Origin: a virus
Lineage: Duplodnaviria > Caudoviricetes
IMG/VR virus record: IMGVR_UViG_3300021431_000075
Coordinates: 609,115 to 673,114 of that record
Reading direction: 5' to 3' (one strand)
DNA length: 64,000 nucleotides
In this document: positions 47,419-56,200 of the stretch, one piece after another
Numbering within the stretch: position 1 is the stretch's first letter
Layout of the letters: every line of letters begins with the position of its first letter
The notes under the pieces: generated by a model
The model's database searches: none
Told to the model about the DNA's origin: nothing
What the model saw: only the letters and a program-made list of their open reading frames with translations
Translations under genes and position numbers: made by a program

Positions 47419-49257
47419 ATGGCAAAGAAATACATACTAAGGTCATTCAAGCCCGGCACGAAGAGTCACAACAAGGTTAACAACACCCTTGTGAACCTGA
47501 GCACGCTCGGACTCAACAAGCAGCAGAGTATTCTGAAGAACTCGATTTCAATGGGTGCTTCTGAAACGACACGATACAACAGCTACTCCACAAACACACT
47601 GATGCCATATGAGGAAGACTTCGAGAACGAGGCATTCCAGAAGTACAAAGACATCACGAAGAACGGAACAAGTTCATATGCATACTATGACCTGAGTTAT
47701 CCTCAAAGAGTCGAGTACCTTAGATACTTTTCACAGCATCAGACAATATCGTTTGTTCTTGACACGATAGCGGACGAGACAATCGTATTCGACAAGAATA
47801 ACTATTTCGCATATCTTGACACAGACAAGCTCAAGTCGAACCTGAGCGCAGGAAACGAAATCGGCGAGAAGCTGATAGAGACATGCGACCGTGCTTTCCA
47901 TGACGTTTATCTCGCTTTCGGTTGGGACAAGTCAAACGGCGCATGGGATATCTTCAAGAAGTTCCTCATAGACGGATACCTCTCGTTTGAAATCATATAC
48001 AACGACCCGGACAACCCGACAAAAATCATCGGTTTCAAGTATATCGACCCTGTTACTCTCGAACCGTCCATACAGATAGATTCCCAAGGCAGAGAAATAA
48101 AAGTTTGGTACCAGAGCAGGGGAGACAGTAACGAGAGAATCATTCCGGACACGCATCTTATCTACATCAACTGGTCAGACGGCATCGCGGGAGAGCAGAA
48201 CAGAATATCTTATCTTGAAGGATTGACAAGGTCGTTCAACATGCTTTCTCAGATTGAGAACTCCCGACTGATATGGAACATCCAGAACGCGCAGAAGAGA
48301 ATGAAGATTATCGTTCCGGTCGGAGACATGCCGCCATACAAGGCAGACGCGCTGATGAACCAGTTGAAGGCAGACTGGAACGAAGAAACGCATATAGACC
48401 TGTCAAGCGGTGAAATGGTCGTGAACGGTCTACCGCAGTTCTCGTTCACAAAGACATACTTCTTCCCGCAGAGAAATAGCGGTTCTGTTACAATAGAAGA
48501 ACTTGCTCCGGAAGGATATGACCTGAACTCTATAGAGCCTGTAAAGTATTTCTGGAGAAGATTCATCCTTGATACGAAACTTCCGGCAAACAGATTCCTT
48601 ATCGACCCTACAGGAGACGGCGGTCATCAGATAATAGCGGATGACTCTGCAATCACAAGGGAAGAATGGGCTTTCAGCAGATTCATCAACAGAATACGAA
48701 GCATTTACAGAGAGATATTGCTGAAGCCTCTCTGGATTCAAATATGCCTGTATATTCCGAAACTGTCAAAGTCGGAATATTTGAGACAGGCTCTCGGCAT
48801 CGTGTTCAATGAAGAGAATGCGTTTGTTCAAGCAAAGGAAAGACTTTCATTGCAAGCCGGCGTGAATGTAATCAACAGCCTGTATGGACTGCAAGACTCT
48901 CAAGGGAAACCGTATTTCTCAATCAAGTTCCTGATTCAGAAGTTCCTTGACCTGTCAGATGACGACTTCCTTCTCAATGAGAAGTACAAACAGGAAGAAA
49001 TTCTTGATATTCTCAATAAAGCAAAAGCTGCAAAAGATCATGCCGCGATAAATGCTGCAACTGGCGGAGGAGCGCCGGGCGGAATGCCGGGAGCCGGAGA
49101 TGACTTCGGTGGAGACTTCGGCGGCGGTGGCGGAGACTTCGGTGGCGGATTTGACGGAGGCGGAGACTTCGGCGGCGGTGGCGGAGACTTCGGTGGAGCA
49201 GGAGATGATTTCGGAGCGCCACCAGCACCACCGGCAGGCGGCGGAGATGACTTCTAA
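47419..49257 (+). CDS. Portal protein (T4 gp20-like) with Gly/Asp/Phe-rich tail
   Basis: LDTIADETIV, FLIDG, ISYLEGL..FNML..IENS..IW, YFFPQR, KYF, LPANRF and ITREE..FSRFINRIR. Confidence 0.9.
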   Translation: MAKKYILRSFKPGTKSHNKVNNTLVNLSTLGLNKQQSILKNSISMGASETTRYNSYSTNTLMPYEEDFENEAFQKYKDITKNGTSSYAYYDLSYPQRVEYLRYFSQHQTISFVLDTIADETIVFDKNNYFAYLDTDKLKSNLSAGNEIGEKLIETCDRAFHDVYLAFGWDKSNGAWDIFKKFLIDGYLSFEIIYNDPDNPTKIIGFKYIDPVTLEPSIQIDSQGREIKVWYQSRGDSNERIIPDTHLIYINWSDGIAGEQNRISYLEGLTRSFNMLSQIENSRLIWNIQNAQKRMKIIVPVGDMPPYKADALMNQLKADWNEETHIDLSSGEMVVNGLPQFSFTKTYFFPQRNSGSVTIEELAPEGYDLNSIEPVKYFWRRFILDTKLPANRFLIDPTGDGGHQIIADDSAITREEWAFSRFINRIRSIYREILLKPLWIQICLYIPKLSKSEYLRQALGIVFNEENAFVQAKERLSLQAGVNVINSLYGLQDSQGKPYFSIKFLIQKFLDLSDDDFLLNEKYKQEEILDILNKAKAAKDHAAINAATGGGAPGGMPGAGDDFGGDFGGGGGDFGGGFDGGGDFGGGGGDFGGAGDDFGAPPAPPAGGGDDF

Positions 49258-49272
49258 AACAAAATATCAACA

Positions 49273-49312
49273 ACAAGCGGCAGTCTATTTGTCTTAGATG
49301 TGCCGCTTGTTT
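49273..49312 (+). terminator. Terminator after portal
   Basis: ACAAGCGGCA/TGCCGCTTGT. Confidence 0.7.
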
Positions 49313-49360
49313 AATTAATCAATAAATATCTTATAATATAAAAACATCCAACCAATTAAA

Positions 49361-50020
49361 ATGATAGATATCGTTGATGATAACAACAATAGCAATGATG
49401 TAAATGTTTCCTATGGAACCGGTTTCATAGAGAGCAAACTTGACGGAACCGAACACATCGTGAATGTTGATGACCTGATTGAACTTCCGTCTGCATGGTC
49501 TTGGCAAGAAGCAATGATTCCTGTTGAGGACCAGGGACAGACATCGCAATGCGTCATATACTCTACAACATCAGTTCTAAACTTCCTGATAGACTCTGAA
49601 AATGATACTCCGAACGCAGACAATCACTTCGACAAACTTGCTCTGTACAACACAAGAGCAAACAAACACATCGAAGGAATGTCGTTCAAGGAGATTCTCA
49701 GGCACTACAGACACACGGGCGCGAACGGTTACAAGATAAACAGCTATGCAAAGATAAACTCCGCGCTTGCTGCAAAATATTCGATTGTAATGTTCGGTCC
49801 TATAGTCGCAGGGTTGATGGTCAGAAACTTCGGACCGTACTTCTGGAGAAACACCGGCGGAATGCACCACGGCGGTCATGCGGTTACACTTGTAGGTTAC
49901 AACGAGCAGGGATTCATCCTGAGAAACAGCTGGGGAATTAGATGGGGAGACCAGGGACACTCGATTCTCGGTTATGATGAGTTCGACCAGATTCTTGAGG
50001 CATGGACGTTTATGCTATAA
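49361..50020 (+). CDS. Papain-like (C1) cysteine peptidase
   Basis: DQGQTSQCV, GGHAVTLVGY and RNSWG..WGDQG; extended late promoter at 49321. Confidence 0.9.
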   Translation: MIDIVDDNNNSNDVNVSYGTGFIESKLDGTEHIVNVDDLIELPSAWSWQEAMIPVEDQGQTSQCVIYSTTSVLNFLIDSENDTPNADNHFDKLALYNTRANKHIEGMSFKEILRHYRHTGANGYKINSYAKINSALAAKYSIVMFGPIVAGLMVRNFGPYFWRNTGGMHHGGHAVTLVGYNEQGFILRNSWGIRWGDQGHSILGYDEFDQILEAWTFML

Positions 50021-50038
50021 AATTAGTTAAACATGATA

Positions 50039-50075
50039 AAAAGCGGCTACATTTCAAATAATTGTAGTCGCTTTT
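50039..50075 (+). terminator. Terminator
   Basis: AAAAGCGGCTACA/TGTAGTCGCTTTT. Confidence 0.75.
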
Positions 50076-50139
50076 CTTGTTTCTAACAATTTTGAAAAAC
50101 ATTGATAAATAGCGTACCAAAACATGTAAGATAGTCAAG

Positions 50140-50841
50140 ATGAATCAGAAAGACTTATCACAACAACTCGGTTCGATGGTTGCAGGACAAGTGAAAGGAA
50201 GCACTGGAAGCGATGATTGTCTTCCAAGCGAACTGACAACTGCTCCGACATTCGAAGTTGAGCATGAAACAGAAATAGAGAAAGCAAGAAAGGAAGCAAG
50301 AAAAACAATCGGTTACATCGTAGATGCGGTCGTGCCGGAAGAGTACAAGAACCATCCGTCGATAAAGAACCAGATAGAAGTAGATGCAATCCAGCTCGGT
50401 CTGGTGCTTTATAACCAGAATATGAACAACATCATGATCGAGAACACAATGACTTCAATTTCAACAGGAAACGACAATCCACGAATGTACGAAGTTACAG
50501 AGAAGTTCTTCAAGCGTTCATCAGAACTTGTAACACAGATAACAGAAATGTGCGCACAATACAGAAAGTACTACATAGACACATATCTTGACATAGAATC
50601 GAAGAACGCAGCAGATGAATCAGAACATGAAGAAATTCATCTAATAGAGAGTAAAGAAAATGAAAATAAAGTCCTTGGTGTTGAAACAAGTGATGGCGGA
50701 ATGAGATTCATAGGAAAACAAAGCACAGAAGCACTCATCCAGCAGAAGATAGAAAGAGCAAAGAGAGAAAAACAATTAGAGAAAGAAAGACAAAAAGCGG
50801 AACAAATAGAGGATTCTGTTGATGCAGAGATTATAGATTAA
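50140..50841 (+). CDS. Hypothetical late helical protein
   Basis: 233 aa; GATAAATA at 50104; terminator at 50848-50877. Confidence 0.75.
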   Translation: MNQKDLSQQLGSMVAGQVKGSTGSDDCLPSELTTAPTFEVEHETEIEKARKEARKTIGYIVDAVVPEEYKNHPSIKNQIEVDAIQLGLVLYNQNMNNIMIENTMTSISTGNDNPRMYEVTEKFFKRSSELVTQITEMCAQYRKYYIDTYLDIESKNAADESEHEEIHLIESKENENKVLGVETSDGGMRFIGKQSTEALIQQKIERAKREKQLEKERQKAEQIEDSVDAEIID

Positions 50842-50920
50842 AAAGGAAACCAGCAAGTTAAGATTGACTTGCTGGTTGTTTATACTTTTAAGATAAATAA
50901 ACAAAATGCATTTTGATTAA

Positions 50921-51535
50921 ATGAGAAGACAAAGTAAGAGAGCGCTCTATGAGAGCATCATGAGAGATGTTGCAAAAGTTGTCAAAAGACGACTGAATGA
51001 ATCTAATCCGGACTTGATTTCCAGAGAAGATGCAGAAAAAATAATTTTCCAAGTAAGAAACGGAGAAATCCGTGACATGGAATATTCTGCAGTAGGTAGA
51101 ACAAAACCGTATTATAAGATGGATATGCTTGATTCCGAGAATAGAAAAGAGCGTAAAATACAAGTAATGAAGAATATTGTAGAAAAAGCATTAAGATACA
51201 TTAGGCATGATTCGGAACTTTTTGATTTCGTTAAGCAATTCGGTTCAAGAGATATAGAAATAATAACAAATATTCCTTCATGTTCTTCTGATGAAGATTG
51301 TATATATCTTAATCCGGATTTTATCAAATCTTTGACAGCAGATGAACTTGCATTTGTGATAATTCATGAATACGCTCATATGAAGTTTAAGGATGAATTT
51401 GATTACGATCGTAATTATGATGAAGATGAATGGCAATCAGCAAATATAGATTTGGACAAGAAAGTTAATAGATTTATTGAAGGAAGATTCCCTCAGTTCC
51501 GTGGTTACACAAAGCGCTTGAACGGATACATTTAA
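50921..51535 (+). CDS. LNE-leader family protein 1; HExxH metallopeptidase-like cargo
   Basis: Leader MRRQSKRALYESIMRDVAKVVKRRLNE; IYLNPDF..FVIIHEYAH. Confidence 0.8.
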   Translation: MRRQSKRALYESIMRDVAKVVKRRLNESNPDLISREDAEKIIFQVRNGEIRDMEYSAVGRTKPYYKMDMLDSENRKERKIQVMKNIVEKALRYIRHDSELFDFVKQFGSRDIEIITNIPSCSSDEDCIYLNPDFIKSLTADELAFVIIHEYAHMKFKDEFDYDRNYDEDEWQSANIDLDKKVNRFIEGRFPQFRGYTKRLNGYI

Positions 51536-51623
51536 TGTAACTATTATATATTTCAAATGCTGCTGGACAATAGTTCGGCAGCATTTTTGTTCTAAATAAA
51601 TAAACAAAATGCATTTTTATTAA

Positions 51624-52019
51624 ATGAGAAAACAAAACAAGAGGTCCCTTTACGAAAGCATCATGAAAGATGTTGCTAAAGTTGTCAAAAAAAGATTGAA
51701 TGAATCAGAGATTGATAATGATGGCGTAGTTACACACGGCAAGATAGTTAAAAGAGGAAATAGATATAATGTCAAACTTGATAATGGACAAATTGCTTCA
51801 GATGAATGGTTTGATGATGTAAGAAGAATTTTTAGAAATTATTTCTTAGTAGAGATAGGTGGTGAGTTAAATGTGATGAATTCAGATGGTTTGATGTTGT
51901 TTGATGAATGGTTTGATAATATTGAAATCAATAATAAAGAAAACGGAAGCGTTGTTCTTTATAAAAACAATAAGAGAAAGTTTGCCAATATATTTACAGT
52001 TGATTATACAATAAGATAA
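51624..52019 (+). CDS. LNE-leader family protein 2; cargo with DEWFD repeats
   Basis: Leader MRKQNKRSLYESIMKDVAKVVKKRLNE. Confidence 0.8.
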   Translation: MRKQNKRSLYESIMKDVAKVVKKRLNESEIDNDGVVTHGKIVKRGNRYNVKLDNGQIASDEWFDDVRRIFRNYFLVEIGGELNVMNSDGLMLFDEWFDNIEINNKENGSVVLYKNNKRKFANIFTVDYTIR

Positions 52020-52041
52020 CAACTTGTATTTCTAAAAAAAT

Positions 52042-52077
52042 AATGCAGTCATTTCAAATTTCTGAAATGACTGCATT
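52042..52077. terminator. Bidirectional terminator
   Basis: AATGCAGTCATTTCA / TGAAATGACTGCATT perfect stem between convergent genes. Confidence 0.85.
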
Positions 52078-52092
52078 TAATTATTTTATATT

Positions 52093-52527
52093 TTATTTTC
52101 CCCATTGACATTTTGACAAAAGTTCTTTCAATAGTTCTGTTAACACCGAATTCAGATATTCTGAATAATTCTCTCTATATTTTTCTTTCATCGGATTTGA
52201 AGAAATTTTTTCATCTTCTGAATATTCTCCACTTTTTTTCAATCTTGCAATGTCTTTTCTGAATTCATATTCACCCATCAACTCACCGAGAACATTAAGA
52301 ATAAGTTTTATGGCTCCTTCAGCAACTTCATATTTTGAATTAAGCAAAATTTCTTCCATCCTGTCAAGTCTTACAGAAACTGCCGGCTGATCTAACAACT
52401 CCTTGATTCGCTTTGTGTCAGACTTCAATTTGTCAAATTCATTTTCTTCATTGAGATGTCGTTTCACTGTCTTTGCAACATCTCTCATTATAGATTCATA
52501 AAGAGATTTCTTATCTTGCTTTCTCAT
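52093..52527 (-). CDS. LNE-leader family protein 3
   Basis: Leader MRKQDKKSLYESIMRDVAKTVKRHLNE. Confidence 0.8.
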   Translation of the reverse strand: MRKQDKKSLYESIMRDVAKTVKRHLNEENEFDKLKSDTKRIKELLDQPAVSVRLDRMEEILLNSKYEVAEGAIKLILNVLGELMGEYEFRKDIARLKKSGEYSEDEKISSNPMKEKYRENYSEYLNSVLTELLKELLSKCQWGK

Positions 52528-52565
52528 TTAACAAAAATGCATTTTGTTTATTTATTTCACAAAAA

Positions 52566-53240
52566 TCAATACAAATCGTCTTCAATTATTTCTACATCAT
52601 CTACATCATCATTGAATTCATCTTTAATCATTTTTATATTGAAAAATGTTTTCAACTTACTCCATCTAATGTTCTCAACATAATCAATTATATATAACTT
52701 TATGAAATCAGCGCATGTGTAATCATCTTCATACAAAAATGCTTGCCATGCGTCATCACTAAGTGCCATTTCTGGTTTAACTGCCGCATCAAGAATTACT
52801 TTCTTTATGATTTTCGGGCGAAGAGATTTTCTTATAAGGTTTATGAGTTCTTGATCAGTCACGTAACCATATTTTACAACTCTTGTATTATTCGTGAGTT
52901 TTAATGCATTTTCTATCAATTCGTCACAACCTTTTTTGAGCAAATCATAATCCATTCCATAACGCAACTTCTCCGCACGCCTGTACATTTCTTCACCGGT
53001 ATCTTCGACATGCTGCACGCGGTTTGCATATTGCATCAAATCTTTAATTTTCTTACGCTTCTTCGCATATTCAATCTTTTCCTGCCTTGTATCGCGTTTC
53101 ATTCCCTTAAGTTGCTCAATTCTCTTATTTGCAGCATTCCTATAAGTTTCGGACGACAACTCGTTTAGATGATGCTTCACAGTCTTTGCAACATCTCTCA
53201 TAATGCTCTCATAGAGAGTTCTTTTCTCATTATACTTCAT
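52566..53240 (-). CDS. LNE-leader family protein 4
   Basis: Leader MKYNEKRTLYESIMRDVAKTVKHHLNE. Confidence 0.8.
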   Translation of the reverse strand: MKYNEKRTLYESIMRDVAKTVKHHLNELSSETYRNAANKRIEQLKGMKRDTRQEKIEYAKKRKKIKDLMQYANRVQHVEDTGEEMYRRAEKLRYGMDYDLLKKGCDELIENALKLTNNTRVVKYGYVTDQELINLIRKSLRPKIIKKVILDAAVKPEMALSDDAWQAFLYEDDYTCADFIKLYIIDYVENIRWSKLKTFFNIKMIKDEFNDDVDDVEIIEDDLY

Positions 53241-53256
53241 TTCTAAAAAATATTTT

Positions 53257-56200
53257 TTAATTATAGTTTTCTATCTTGAACTTGAATCCGACATAACTGT
53301 TCCAGTCAATTCCGGTCACATCTTTATCATATCTGTTCAAAGCAATTCCGCTGTCAGGTCTGCTGTCTATGACTCCTGTATAGTTACCATATTTGAATCC
53401 GTCAAGTTCTGGTCTCGCCAGCACATCATCAAACGTAATGGTCAATCTTGAACCTTCTGACAACCATCTGAACGAATGCATGATATACTCAATATCATTG
53501 ACGCCATCTTCTCTCTCAAAATGGTCAAGCTGGTATCCGTAACCATGATTTGCAGATTCATAGTCAGTCTGGAAACTCATCAGCGTATAATCGCTCACAA
53601 CCATGACCGTATTTCCATCCTTGACATATGTGTAGTACAAATCAAGGTTCTCGACTTTCCACACACCAGTCATATTTCTCAAGGTCAAGACACTGTCCGG
53701 CGCATGGAACTCATCCTTGTCAATAACACACATGTTTCCACCGCCGTTGTTCACAATCCTGTTTCCGTACTTGTCGATGCATTCAAGTTCTATCGACTGA
53801 TAACCGAGATAGAACGGCTTCACGCTCAGCATGTCATTAACGCTCTCGAACAGTTCAATCTTCCTTGAACCTGACTTGTGATTGTCCCAGTTCGAGTTAT
53901 CCTCAAGCAATGCCGTTTTCCAAGTCCACTTCTTCTTGTATCCGCTTTCAAGCGATTCTATGTCATCTCCTGCACGAACTATAACCCTTGTTCCCTGATT
54001 GACTGTAATAGGGAAGTTTCTATACACATACAAAGGATACTCGTCAACAGAAGGCTTCACGTCTCCGTCAAAATTCCACCACATCTCATACAGCGTAGTC
54101 GGCTCGTATCTGTAGTTCTTGAATGCAAAAGAATCATCATAATATGAATCAAACAGCAACCGCTTCGTATTGAACTCGACACTTGTCCTGATTCCATAGA
54201 ACTTATAGTTGCTATACATATAAGACTGCTCAAGAGCATCCTTGTTCACCCGGAGCATATAATTCACAGGTCTCGAAGTCACCGGCTGCAGCTTGAACCT
54301 GACATCATCCGGCTTATATGTATAGTAATGCATATCATTCTCAGCCAGAATCGAACTGTCATACTTATAGACGTTCACGTTATGCAGATTATTCAAGAAA
54401 TTCAAATCAACGTTTCCGTCTATGACATAACCGCACATCACGCTGCTGTCTGCAGCATTGTTGTCACTGATATAAGTATGAATAGAAGTATCTATGATTC
54501 TATATGCAGTTTCAGACAAAGTGACTAAAGTGCTTCCATCCATGACATATGCAGTCAGCTTGACCATCGTATCAATAGGGAACACCCTCAAAGAAGTGTC
54601 AAGAGAATAGTTCTCCTCGAACTCGTCAACATAACTATCATTATGGCTATCATTATGGTTGTAATAGACAGGAATGAAAGCAACTCTATTCTCCTTGTCA
54701 TTGACAATGGATGCATTCAGGGGAACGTCTATGTAATTGTCTGACAGGACGTACAGATTCTTGTTGTTCGTCTTGTCCTTCACGCAATTGACAATAGAAG
54801 AATCCAGAGCAGTATTGACAGTTATTCTTCCATTCGACGTATCTGTGACTCTATAACCGATTGACGGATTCACTACAGCAGTAACGCTTCTCTTTCCTTC
54901 CCACAGAACCTTGTTCAGATTCTCGTCATACAGGCAAAGATTCACATAGCCGTTCTTGGCATAAACGTTCTGCTTGTGATGGCAACTCAATGACATGTGA
55001 AGATTCTTTCCATCAGTGACATCAGAAACCTTCTCTGTCAAGTTTGTCAGCATCAGATAGTCAGAGTTCTTCGGCGTGTCAATAGCATATGAGATGCTGT
55101 CATATACAATCTTGTTGTCTTCCGTGTCATGCTCTGCGCCGTAAATCTTGTAATTCATCGGAAACACCGGTTCCGTCTCCACAGAATTGCTTACGTCAAT
55201 ATAATCGCTGCTATCCATAGCAAGCGGCATCTTGTTATAGATATGGAACGAAGATGCATTGTTAGATGACGGCGCATTCGCTATGATGTCTATAGACGGC
55301 ATCCTTGTTCCGACATGGCACAAGTCATCTCCGGAATTGTGGAATATGTTGTTATATGAATCATAAGCATAAACGGAAACCTTATAGTCACCAAGCCTGT
55401 TCACCGGAATATCAACCGACGTGTTCATCGTAACCCACTCGTCAAGCTGCTCGTACATAGCCTTGACAGAAGTCGTGTCATGGCTTGCTCCCGCAGGCTT
55501 CTTGTACGTGTATATAGGAATCCTCTCAGACTCATAGTCATACTTGATGCTGATGACTTGCTCGCCTGACTCTTCCTCGCGTGCAGTCTCCGAGAACGTT
55601 ATTTCCGCTCCATGACAGTTCTTCATCACAGACGCGTCATAATGGTTGCTGAACTTGATGCTTCCCTCTATGATTTCAAGAACATATGTCTTTGAATCAG
55701 AGAACACAATATCCGATGAACTCCATCCGTCAAGAACATCTCCCCTGAACTGGTTCGTCAGTTCATAGTTTGAAATCAGGAACAGAGGCATATCCCACTT
55801 GTTGTTTGACGTATATGAGAACGTTCCATGATTCACATCGTTTGTTCGTTTGGATGACAAGGTTATGCATCCCTTTGCCCGAACAGAGTAATCTTTCGGA
55901 CCGTTCGTTGATACGCTTCTTTTCAACTCGTCAGTCAAGACAACAAACGAGGAACCGTCCGCATAGTTCACTCTATGAATAGAATACTTGATATTCGTGT
56001 TCAGAACCGAATCCGCAGACCAGTCTCCTGTCAGTTCACGCAGATTTCCCTTTATAATCTCAATAACCGGCAACTCGCTCTTTATGATGGAAGAATCGCA
56101 CTTTGTCTGGTCAAAGAACGTTATCTCTCCGTCCGCCACATATATCGGATTCAATGAACTGTCATTTGCAGCAAACTCATACAGAGTTCCACTGTCAGCA

